DNA of 48,024 nt, taken from NCBI GenBank assembly GCA_016214885.1, contig JACRMP010000011.1, positions 1-48,024 of the forward strand, read 5' to 3'. The notes under the pieces are model-generated. The model was not told where the DNA came from. It was given only the letters and a program-made list of their open reading frames with translations, and did not search any database. Made by a program: the position numbers and the translations under genes. This document shows, piece by piece, positions 1 through 8,838 of the stretch. Numbering within the stretch: the stretch's first letter is position 1; every line of letters starts with the position of its first letter. The stretch is from Candidatus Gottesmanbacteria bacterium. Lineage in GTDB: Bacteria > Patescibacteriota > Microgenomatia > UBA10105 > UBA927.

Positions 1-1
1 T

Positions 2-3000
2 CCGACAGAGCAGACAACGACGCCAACAACGACATCTAGTGAACCGCCGAAAGAAACCGGTCCGCCGGAGCAGGGGCAGATTCTGGACGGAGCCTCTACC
101 GAGGCAGCCCCGTCACCAACCGTGACCCCGGAACAACCGGAAGAAGGAGTACTTCACGCGTCCGTACTTCAAAATGTAGAAGCAGCCTCACTTGACCTCG
201 ATAATATCGACCCTTCAAATAGCGCAACGCTATCAACTGATAAAGCGGACTACGCTCCAACAGACACGGCGATTATTACCGGGACGGGATTCAAACCGAA
301 TCATGACTACAACATCACAGTGAGTTCCGCGGATGAACCGGCCACATCGACAACCGATACGATTACAACAGACGTGGACGGCGCATTTGTGTACGCATAT
401 CAACTCGACGGAATTTACCGCCCTAACTACAAAGTTGTCGTGACAAACAATGGGGGACACACGATCGCGGCGACAACGTTTACTGATTCTGCAGCTGTAG
501 ATCAGTATTCACAATGTGCTAATGACACGGGTACGGGCTATACATCTGGAGACACGGGGTGTCAATGGATTAACGGAAATCTGCAATCAAATAATTCGGC
601 GTATTATGAAGGAGACGCTACCCCACAGAGACTTTATTTAACAGGGTTAATTAACGGAACGCACACAGTAGTAATCAAGTATGGAACAACAAAAGGTGGC
701 AAACACGCCTACGATTTCGTCACTGACGATACATTCTCTGAAAGTTGGATCACGAATGCAGAATTTTGTGAAGGATTAACTGGCTTTGGTGATTGCGCTA
801 CACTCACCCCAAACCTTTCATCCCTCATTCCTACAGATTCTAATGCCGGCGGGTTTGACGTCGCGCAAGCAAATCGTCATTTCAAAATTCGGAACGGAAA
901 TTTCGTCAGTGTGGGCACCCCAACACTAATTAGCGGTTCTTATGCAGGAGACAGCGAAACAACAATTCTTTTAACTTTTAACGTTGACACAAACACTTGT
1001 GCTAACAAAGTTGTCGATCACGGTAAAAACCCAAACCCCGACGAATGTCCAGTGTTAATCACATGGGGGGAACACGTTTCCAAACAATCTGATTGGGGAA
1101 CTGGTAATTCAGCAGTAAACATAAGCGGCTCGCCATACCACGTTTCGTTGGAAACGGTGGATGGGGCATCTGCAGGTAGCAGAGATAATCAAATGCAAGC
1201 AGGCGCCATTAAGGGCTCTATTACAATTATTAAAGACTCTCAACCAAATTCCGCTCAAGATTTTTCATTTACAACAACCAGAACCGGACTTACTTCATTT
1301 AACTTGGATGATGATGCAGACGTAACACTTTCAAACACCAAATTTTTTGGAAATCTCGACGCAGGAAGCTACACAGTGTCCGAGATTGCAGCAACAGGAT
1401 GGACACTAAGTAACATCACTTGTGTGGATCCGACTCAAAATTCGACGAGTGGTCTGCCAACCGCACCAACGGCAACGATCAATTTGGCTGCTGGTGAAAA
1501 TATCACCTGTACGTTCACCAATACCCAACAGAATGGTCACCTGACGGTTCAGAAAACAACCATACCGGCAGGTAGCCAACAATCATTCGCAATCACAGCA
1601 ACTGGTTCCGGAACCATCACCGGCGGCGGGGCGGGAAGCATCACTGACAGCACGGATCAAACATATGAAGTGACAGCAGGCACCTACTCCGTATCGGAAA
1701 CCGTACCCACGGGTTGGACTCAAACTTCTAACACATGTTCCAATGTGGTTGTCGCAGCCGGAGGTAATTCAACGTGTCTTATTACAAATACCCAAAAAGG
1801 CCACATTGTCGTGCGCAAAGTTACGTCAGGAGCAGACGATACGTTTACCTTTACGACAGGCGGAACCGGATACAACGGATTCTCGCTTTCTCACGGACAA
1901 TCCAATGATCAGGAGGTTATACCTGGCTCATACACAGTAAGCGAAACAGCGCTTAGCGGCTGGTCATCCGACGGTGGAAGTTGCGACAACGGAGAAACCC
2001 CCAATAGTCTGGATGTGGAAGCCGGGGAAACAGTAACCTGCACGTTTACCAATACGAAACTCCGAAACATCACCGCCTGCAAATATGACGACACCAATGG
2101 TAACGGCACGAGGGATACTTCCGAACCGCTTCTCGACGGCTGGAATATGACACTTACCCCGGGAAGTGTGACGCAGACAACCGTCAACGGCTGTACAACA
2201 TTTACAAATCTTTCTCCCGGTAATTATAGTATCGCCGAGACCCTCAAGACCGACTGGGCCAATACGACACCGTTATCACAAAACGTGACGCTCACTTCCA
2301 GCCAAAATGAAACCGTATATTTCGGTAACTTTGCCTGCGCGACCATAAGCGGCATGAAGTGGGAAGACACGGATGGTGATGGGGTAAAGGATACCGGTGA
2401 ACCGGCACTTCCTGACTGGACGATTAACTTAAACGGCACACAGGCTTCTGATGTGACGGACGCAAACGGCCAATATTCATTCAAAGTCTGCAGTGCGGGA
2501 ACGTTTACAGTTACCGAAACAATTCCTAATACGCAGGTCTGGTATCAAACTTCTCCCGGTGGTAATTCACCGAATCATCAGGTAGAGGTGACCAGCGGCG
2601 GCAGCTATACCGGCAAAGACTTCGGCAATGCAAAGTATGCCAAAATCTACGGAGTAAAGTACCGCGATAACGACGGAGACGGCACGTTGGACGCAAATGA
2701 TCTCACTGCGACGCTTTCCGGATGGGTATTTGATCTGTATGACGGAACGACAAACGCGGTACTGGGAACCTATACGACCTTGTCAGACGGCTATTATGAA
2801 TTCACGGGACTTCTGGTAAACAAAACATATTATGTACTTGAGCAACTCAAGCCGGGCTGGACGCAGACGATCGGCCCGACGCCGACCCCCACGCCGTTTG
2901 CGGTACAAAGCGGGGAAACAAAGCAAATCAATTTCGCAAATTTCGAAAACATGGCTGTTACGGTGTGTAAAGTCGAAGATGCCGACGGCAGTCTTACGAC

Positions 3001-5680
3001 AACCACTGACCGCACACCAGTAAGCGACTGGCAAATAGATCTTCTGAAAAACAACCAGATGTATGACAATGCGCAAGTCACCGGTAGGGACGGGTGTTAC
3101 ACCTGGACAAATCTTACCCCGGGAAGTTACAGCACGCAGGAAGAATCACAGTCTGGCTGGCAGCATCTTGGCAGCACATCGCACGATTTCGGCACGTTGG
3201 AAAACGGGCATACCTACTCACACACGTTCGTCAATACCCACATGGGAAAAATTATTGTGGAGAAACAAACGCTTCCCGACGGAAATACCCAAAGCTTCGA
3301 CTTTACGGCTGACTATGATGCAAACGGATTTGCATTGACAGACGGAGCACAAAACGACAGCGGCTTTCTTATGCCAGGCACTTACAGTGTTGCGGAAACC
3401 GGTGAAACGGGATGGGATCTGACTGACGCCAGCTGTTCCGACCAAAGTGAACCCACTGCTATCAGTTTGTCTGCCGGAGAAACAGTAACCTGCACATTTA
3501 CCAACACGAAGCGTGGACACCTGATCGTACAAAAAACGACTATTCCAGCAGATGACTCCAACGTATTTAGTATCCTGGCCACCGGCTCCGGCACGATCAC
3601 CGGCGGAGGAGCAGGTTCTATAAGTGATGATACGGACAAAAACTACGAAGTCACACCGGGCACGTATTCCGTGAGCGAAACCGTACCGGGTAACTGGGAT
3701 CAAACGGCCAACACATGTACAAATGTGGCAGTAGCTGCGGGAGAAACCAAAACCTGCGAAATCACCAATACCAAGCGCGGACATGTCACCGTGATCAAGT
3801 ACTATGACCACGATATGGACGGCACGAAAGACGCAGGAGATCAAGTACTTGGAGATACTGGTGTAGGATCCGAAATAGAGGCAACCAGATGGGAAATTCA
3901 CCTTGTCGGCACAGATGTTAATGCGTATCAATGGACCGGCGCTCAGACTGCAGGTCAGGTGACATTTAGTGATCTGACGCCGGGAGCATTTACCCTGAGT
4001 GAACAACTCAAAACCGGCTGGCTGCAATCCAATATTTCCTGCGGCAATGAGTCTGCAATTGACAAAGACAATAGCCACCCGGTTACCGTAACTGCGGGAC
4101 AAACGACCACATGTACCATCGGAAATTACGAGCAGGGCAGAATTATCGTAGAAAAACAAACCAACCCTGACGGCAGCAATCAGGAATTTGACTTTTCTAC
4201 AAATTATGACAAAAACGGGTTTGTGTTGTCGGACGGTGAACAAAACAACAGCGGATATCTGAATCCAGGAACCTACAGCGTGTCGGAAACGGAACTCACC
4301 GGCTGGACACTCACCAATACGGTTTGTACGAGTTCGAATGAGGATACTGAATCTGCAGATAATCTTCAGCTTGATCCGGGAGAAACGATCACCTGCGTAT
4401 TTACGAACACCAAGCGCGGACGCATTATTGTAGATAAAGTAACAGATCCGAGCCGCGATCAAACCGCATTTGCTTTTACGGCTAGTGGTAGCGGGTATGG
4501 AAACTTCTTCCTGTCTGACTCCGACGAACCAAATGACCAGTCGCTGTTACCGGGCTCTTATGCAGTTTCCGAAACCGTTCCCACCGGCTGGGATCTTTCA
4601 TCAGCCATCTGTATGAGTTCGCACGAAGACAGCGAGTCTGTTAATTCTCTGAACCTTTCAGCAGGAGAAGTCATTACCTGCACATTTACCAATACCAAAC
4701 GTGGAACGGTCATCGTAACCAAATATAACGATGAAAACGGAAATACTGTACGCGATGAAGGAGAAGACGTGCTCTCCGGCTGGACGATGAATTTAAACGG
4801 CGATGAAGAACAGGAAGTCACCAACAATGACGGAGAAGCAATATTTGAACACCTGCTTCCCGGCCGCTATACGCTTACCGAAGATCTGCAAAAGGGCTGG
4901 GAGCAAACTCAGTTAAGCTGCGGCGGCAATGAGGAGTTCTTTGCTGATGACACGGCGGACGACACCATAGATACCGGAGCGTTTACGCTTTCCCCGGGAG
5001 AAACACAGTACTGCGTTGTCGGAAACCGCCGCCTCAATCCGATCCTTACGATTACGAAAGACAACAATGCGACAGGCGACAAGGCTCCCGGCGAGAATGT
5101 CCTGTTCACACTCACAGTTACCGCAACCCAGAGCGCGGCGTTTAACGTAGTGGTGACCGATTTACCTGCTGCAGGCTTCACATACCGGAGCGGCTCATGG
5201 ACCAGTGTCTCCACCGCCAGGGGAGACCTTAAAATGCTTGGTATCACCACCGAACCGGCATATCATTCACCCGGCGTTTGGATATTGGGAGATATGGTCG
5301 AGAACGAAACGGTTACCCTTACATATATTGCTGATATCAGTTCCGATCAAAAACCGGGGCTTTACAAAGATTTGGCCTGGGCATACGGATGCAAATTTGA
5401 AACGGATTGTGCGGTAAACGACGGCAATGATGTAGTCGCCATCGCGGTAAGCCCCGGATACATCGATGAAACGAACCACGTGGGCACAGGAGTGAACGTC
5501 GTCAAAAGTACACAAAACGGAGCTACCCTAAATCCGACAACCGGCGAAGTATTGGGAGCGTCTACCGAACTTCCCGCCACCGGGGCGGATGAGGCATGGC
5601 TTACCTTTGCGGCTCTGTTGTTCCTTATGGGTATCGGACTACTAACTGCCGGGAAATATGCACGGAGGCTCCATGTTTAA
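2..5680 (+). CDS. Giant sortase-anchored surface protein/adhesin with tandem CnaB/prealbumin-like and SdrD-B-like Ig repeats, DUF11-like C-terminal domain (5'-partial)
   Basis: Frame is open from base 2 (PTEQTTTPTTTSS...), so the start lies upstream. Repeated ~90-aa modules (VxKxT...Y.VSE...GW...CTFTNT), DxD/NxD/NG Ca-binding-type loops, C-terminal ELPATG + hydrophobic helix + RRLH tail. Confidence 0.85.
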   Translation, partial: PTEQTTTPTTTSSEPPKETGPPEQGQILDGASTEAAPSPTVTPEQPEEGVLHASVLQNVEAASLDLDNIDPSNSATLSTDKADYAPTDTAIITGTGFKPNHDYNITVSSADEPATSTTDTITTDVDGAFVYAYQLDGIYRPNYKVVVTNNGGHTIAATTFTDSAAVDQYSQCANDTGTGYTSGDTGCQWINGNLQSNNSAYYEGDATPQRLYLTGLINGTHTVVIKYGTTKGGKHAYDFVTDDTFSESWITNAEFCEGLTGFGDCATLTPNLSSLIPTDSNAGGFDVAQANRHFKIRNGNFVSVGTPTLISGSYAGDSETTILLTFNVDTNTCANKVVDHGKNPNPDECPVLITWGEHVSKQSDWGTGNSAVNISGSPYHVSLETVDGASAGSRDNQMQAGAIKGSITIIKDSQPNSAQDFSFTTTRTGLTSFNLDDDADVTLSNTKFFGNLDAGSYTVSEIAATGWTLSNITCVDPTQNSTSGLPTAPTATINLAAGENITCTFTNTQQNGHLTVQKTTIPAGSQQSFAITATGSGTITGGGAGSITDSTDQTYEVTAGTYSVSETVPTGWTQTSNTCSNVVVAAGGNSTCLITNTQKGHIVVRKVTSGADDTFTFTTGGTGYNGFSLSHGQSNDQEVIPGSYTVSETALSGWSSDGGSCDNGETPNSLDVEAGETVTCTFTNTKLRNITACKYDDTNGNGTRDTSEPLLDGWNMTLTPGSVTQTTVNGCTTFTNLSPGNYSIAETLKTDWANTTPLSQNVTLTSSQNETVYFGNFACATISGMKWEDTDGDGVKDTGEPALPDWTINLNGTQASDVTDANGQYSFKVCSAGTFTVTETIPNTQVWYQTSPGGNSPNHQVEVTSGGSYTGKDFGNAKYAKIYGVKYRDNDGDGTLDANDLTATLSGWVFDLYDGTTNAVLGTYTTLSDGYYEFTGLLVNKTYYVLEQLKPGWTQTIGPTPTPTPFAVQSGETKQINFANFENMAVTVCKVEDADGSLTTTTDRTPVSDWQIDLLKNNQMYDNAQVTGRDGCYTWTNLTPGSYSTQEESQSGWQHLGSTSHDFGTLENGHTYSHTFVNTHMGKIIVEKQTLPDGNTQSFDFTADYDANGFALTDGAQNDSGFLMPGTYSVAETGETGWDLTDASCSDQSEPTAISLSAGETVTCTFTNTKRGHLIVQKTTIPADDSNVFSILATGSGTITGGGAGSISDDTDKNYEVTPGTYSVSETVPGNWDQTANTCTNVAVAAGETKTCEITNTKRGHVTVIKYYDHDMDGTKDAGDQVLGDTGVGSEIEATRWEIHLVGTDVNAYQWTGAQTAGQVTFSDLTPGAFTLSEQLKTGWLQSNISCGNESAIDKDNSHPVTVTAGQTTTCTIGNYEQGRIIVEKQTNPDGSNQEFDFSTNYDKNGFVLSDGEQNNSGYLNPGTYSVSETELTGWTLTNTVCTSSNEDTESADNLQLDPGETITCVFTNTKRGRIIVDKVTDPSRDQTAFAFTASGSGYGNFFLSDSDEPNDQSLLPGSYAVSETVPTGWDLSSAICMSSHEDSESVNSLNLSAGEVITCTFTNTKRGTVIVTKYNDENGNTVRDEGEDVLSGWTMNLNGDEEQEVTNNDGEAIFEHLLPGRYTLTEDLQKGWEQTQLSCGGNEEFFADDTADDTIDTGAFTLSPGETQYCVVGNRRLNPILTITKDNNATGDKAPGENVLFTLTVTATQSAAFNVVVTDLPAAGFTYRSGSWTSVSTARGDLKMLGITTEPAYHSPGVWILGDMVENETVTLTYIADISSDQKPGLYKDLAWAYGCKFETDCAVNDGNDVVAIAVSPGYIDETNHVGTGVNVVKSTQNGATLNPTTGEVLGASTELPATGADEAWLTFAALLFLMGIGLLTAGKYARRLHV

Positions 5681-6662
5681 AAAATATATCGTTCTCACCA
5701 TGGCGGGTTTTGTTGCACTAGCCATAACCGGCAGAGTGTATGCTGCCAAAAATGTCAGCGTTAGAATCCAGCAACCCAAATCACCGATCAATCAGAATAA
5801 TTTCAATGTAAGTTTCGTCGCCCTTGATCTGCAGGGGAGAACCGTAACGGTCAAATGCTTCCAGAAAGGCCCGTCCGACGGCGCATTTTCCCAATTCGGA
5901 TCCTCCCAAACATTTACCAATGGGGGAAACAGCGGCAATTGTGCGGTAGACAATTCCGTGATGAACGACGGAGAGGGATCCTACGCATTCAAAGTAGAGG
6001 CAACTGCAGGAGACGGAACGGGCGATAATTTCGATGACGAAACGACAACCGTGACCTACGACACGAGCGGTCCCGGGGATTTACGCGATTACAGCAAGAA
6101 CAGAACGAACGCATGCGAATACACCATCCACTTTAAAACAGCAAACGACGCTGGTGCTACGGTAAAGGCAGAACTCTACCGTTCCGACACTGTACCATTT
6201 AACGCAGATAACGGAACCCGCATACAGGTAATCTCAATCGGCTCAGACGAATCCAAAAACGTCACGGACACGCCGCCTGACTGCAACAAAACGTATTACT
6301 ATGCCGTGCGCGCATTTGACGCTGCAGGAAACGGGTCAGCGCTTATCGGAGACAATGTCAGTACAATCACCGTCATCAATCCGACCGCATCCCCGGCACA
6401 GGGAGCCATTCCGTTAAACGGAGGCACCAATACCGGCGGTAGCGTGCTCGGGCAGGAATCCACGACAGGAGCCATAGGGGCTACCGGCACAAGTGGGGAA
6501 ACCCTGGGCGAAACCAGCCCGAGCGCTGAAGTTGTGGAGACGGGTAAGAAAGATGACACGAAAAAATCCATGGCTCGAAACCTGATGCTCGGCGGTGGTA
6601 TACTGCTTTTAGGAGCAATCCTGTATGCCATCTGGAAAAAGAAACAAACCCCGGCCACATAA
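5673..6662 (+). CDS. Secreted, C-terminally membrane-anchored protein with Ig/FN3-like domains
   Basis: Signal peptide MFKKYIVL...VYA; FN3-like YYYAVRAFDAAGN; G/T/S-rich linker; TM helix followed by KKK. ATG 5673 overlaps the end of the upstream gene. Confidence 0.75.
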   Translation: MFKKYIVLTMAGFVALAITGRVYAAKNVSVRIQQPKSPINQNNFNVSFVALDLQGRTVTVKCFQKGPSDGAFSQFGSSQTFTNGGNSGNCAVDNSVMNDGEGSYAFKVEATAGDGTGDNFDDETTTVTYDTSGPGDLRDYSKNRTNACEYTIHFKTANDAGATVKAELYRSDTVPFNADNGTRIQVISIGSDESKNVTDTPPDCNKTYYYAVRAFDAAGNGSALIGDNVSTITVINPTASPAQGAIPLNGGTNTGGSVLGQESTTGAIGATGTSGETLGETSPSAEVVETGKKDDTKKSMARNLMLGGGILLLGAILYAIWKKKQTPAT

Positions 6663-7287
6663 CACAAGGAGGGCGGGAACAAAATTCTCCAACAAACTAT
6701 CGGATCGGCTTCTGTTTGCCGGATTTATATTTATCGGCTTATCACTTGCTCTTTTCGGCGCAGTTTTTTGGCCCGTGTTACGGGAGGAAATAGGTTACAG
6801 ACTCCGCAAACATGTTGCACCAAATACACAGTCACGACCCATTACTCCGGCAAGCGAAGCATTCGGCATAGTCATCCCCAAAATAGGAGCCAATGCCAAA
6901 GTAATCGCCGACGTCAATCCATTTGACAGCAACGAATACCAGCGTGCCTTAACCCGGGGAGTTGCTCACGCCAAAGGCTCTGCTAAACCGGGGAGCAATG
7001 GCAATATATTTTTATTTTCCCATTCTTCGGTAAATTTTTATGAAGCGGCACGGTTTAACTCGGTTTTTTACCTTATCAATAAGCTAAACGAACATGATCC
7101 TATAGATCTGTATTACAATGGCGCACAGTTCCGGTATACCGTAACCAAAAAACAAATGGTGAGCCCCACATCCATACAGTTCATGCTGCCCAAAAGCATA
7201 GGCGCCGAAACGCTGACTCTTATGACATGCTGGCCGCCCGGAACAACACAAAAACGTTTATTGATTATCGCAGAGCGTCTCCCGTGA
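6625..7287 (+). CDS. Sortase (class D/E-like); exact start uncertain
   Basis: N-terminal TM helix, IPKIG, GVAH, catalytic His (FSHS), LTLMTC and downstream Arg (KRL); adjacent to an LPATG substrate. Confidence 0.9.
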   Translation: MPSGKRNKPRPHNTRRAGTKFSNKLSDRLLFAGFIFIGLSLALFGAVFWPVLREEIGYRLRKHVAPNTQSRPITPASEAFGIVIPKIGANAKVIADVNPFDSNEYQRALTRGVAHAKGSAKPGSNGNIFLFSHSSVNFYEAARFNSVFYLINKLNEHDPIDLYYNGAQFRYTVTKKQMVSPTSIQFMLPKSIGAETLTLMTCWPPGTTQKRLLIIAERLP

Positions 7288-7808
7288 TAGGCATACTTTT
7301 TCTTATACTCCAACTGTTGCTGACAGGATTTTTCCTGTTTCTTTGTCTTGCGTTTGTTACCGGGGGGCCCTTTGTCCCTTCCAACCAAAAATCAGTGACT
7401 GCGATGGTAAAACTTGCCCGTATCAAGCCCGGTCAAACGGTTATCGATGTGGGAAGCGGCGACGGGCGGGTGCTGCTTGAGGCAGCCAAACAGGGAGCCA
7501 ATGCCATAGGCGTCGAGATTAATCCGTATCTTGTCTGGTTTACCCAGCTCCGTGCCTTCCTGAGCCCTTACAGAGGCAGGATTACCGCAGTCTGGGGCAA
7601 CCTCTGGACTTCGGATTTACGTGCCGCTGATGTTGTATTTGTATACCTTATCCCGTGGAAAATGGATGTCCTGGCCAAAAAACTCCGGGAGGAAACAAAA
7701 CCCGGTACGCTTATCGTTTCCAACACATTCATTTTTCCGCACTGGAAGATCGTCCGCAAAGATGTGAAACATCACATCTACGCATTCACCATCAGCGCGC
7801 AAAAATAA
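7284..7808 (+). CDS. Membrane-anchored class I SAM-dependent methyltransferase (FAM173/ATPSCKMT-like)
   Basis: TM helix, GPFVPS, DVGSGDGR, GVEINP, ADVVFVYL, KPGTLIVSN; GTG start overlaps the sortase stop (GTGA). Confidence 0.8.
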   Translation: MIGILFLILQLLLTGFFLFLCLAFVTGGPFVPSNQKSVTAMVKLARIKPGQTVIDVGSGDGRVLLEAAKQGANAIGVEINPYLVWFTQLRAFLSPYRGRITAVWGNLWTSDLRAADVVFVYLIPWKMDVLAKKLREETKPGTLIVSNTFIFPHWKIVRKDVKHHIYAFTISAQK

Positions 7809-8580
7809 CAAACGAGAACAGTTTATTTCCGCCGCCGAAGTCCCGTTCATAGAGCGCGACGTGTCCGTTATTTCTGATTTCTTTGCCCCAATCGGACGCA
7901 TTCCCAAATTCTGCGGTCGCTGTCCATTCAGGCATTTTGCCTGCGTTACGTGTCATACTCTGACCGACGGTCGTAATCCCGTCAAGATGTGCATAAATAA
8001 TCTCTAATTCTTCATAATCATGTGCGTTGGGATGTTCGTTGCTTGGCGGTCCCAGGGGATTGCTTGTATAGTCCATGCACGTACCGAGATTGGTATTATC
8101 AAACGCTTCGTCCTGATGATCCAATCCGAGCCCATGCGCTATTTCCTGGCACATGACTAACCGGCGCCATTCCGGCTTATTGTAGGTATTCGTCGTAAAA
8201 TACGTATCGTTCATCTTGGCCAACGCCTGCGTAATATGCGTGCCATTTACCCATACCTGCGCGAGTCCCAGCCAGCCGTTGTTGCCGTATTTACGGTTAC
8301 AGACTTCAATACGCCCGGCGGTAGCTTTACAGTTTTTCCCGCCGTTTCCGGCGACGATTGTCGTGTCCAACATTGAGGACACAGACCAATCCGCTGAAGA
8401 TTCGGAAAGATACGGTTTCCATGCGCTGCTTACGTTGTCGCCCAGTTTCAGGGTATATGGATTTGCAGTACGGGCCCAATGATAACCGCCCCAGGAATGA
8501 TTTGCAGACACACGCGGGATGAGGACGGTAGCAAGAAGCAGGAATCCCAAACTCAGACCCAACAAACGGAATGCTTTCAT
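7792..8580 (-). CDS. Secreted metzincin/matrixin-like protein (QExxHxxGxxH variant)
   Basis: Signal peptide, CQEIAHGLGLDH, Met-turn TCMDY, SD GGAGG upstream. Confidence 0.7.
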   Translation of the reverse strand: MKAFRLLGLSLGFLLLATVLIPRVSANHSWGGYHWARTANPYTLKLGDNVSSAWKPYLSESSADWSVSSMLDTTIVAGNGGKNCKATAGRIEVCNRKYGNNGWLGLAQVWVNGTHITQALAKMNDTYFTTNTYNKPEWRRLVMCQEIAHGLGLDHQDEAFDNTNLGTCMDYTSNPLGPPSNEHPNAHDYEELEIIYAHLDGITTVGQSMTRNAGKMPEWTATAEFGNASDWGKEIRNNGHVALYERDFGGGNKLFSFVIFAR

Positions 8581-8662
8581 AGCAAACCTCCTTTATATTA
8601 TGTAACGCGCCTTACCTATTCAACTATAGAAACACGGTGCTCGGGAGTCAAGCGACATAAGA

Positions 8663-8691
8663 TTGACACGTCTAATCTGCCATGATAGTCT
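8663..8691 (+). promoter_or_regulatory. Sigma70-type promoter of thrS operon
   Basis: TTGACA-17 nt-TAGTCT with TG extension. Confidence 0.6.
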
Positions 8692-8697
8692 ATGGAT

Positions 8698-8838
8698 ACT
8701 TCCCGGTTGCATGAGACCTAACCAACCTCAAAGAGAAGCGCGATCTTCGGCGTAAAAGAAGAAGTAAAGTACCGTTTCTAAAATTTGCGCTGGAACCTCC
8801 TGCCAACAGCGGGGCGCAAAGGGAAGGACGGTTTTTTT
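8698..8838 (+). promoter_or_regulatory. Putative compact T-box-like leader of thrS
   Basis: TTTGCGC-TGGAACC-TCCTGC...GCGGG-GCGCAAA antiterminator-like fold (bulge 8791-8797); GGTTG/CAACC hairpin with ACC (Thr) in its loop at 8716-8718. Confidence 0.45.

Noticed and set aside
1535-3780. Duplicated adhesin modules as a DGR template/variable repeat pair
   Set aside because: Both copies are coding, differences are not adenine-specific, and there is no reverse transcriptase in the window.
3218-4462. 414-aa antisense ORF and other shadow ORFs (e.g. 9556-10200, 46894-47601)
   Set aside because: Entirely opposite well-supported genes, with no recognisable motifs.
8682-8755. Thr leader-peptide attenuator for thrS
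   Set aside because: The short uORFs (MIVYGYFPVA, MDTSRLHET, MRPNQPQREARSSA) have no Thr run.
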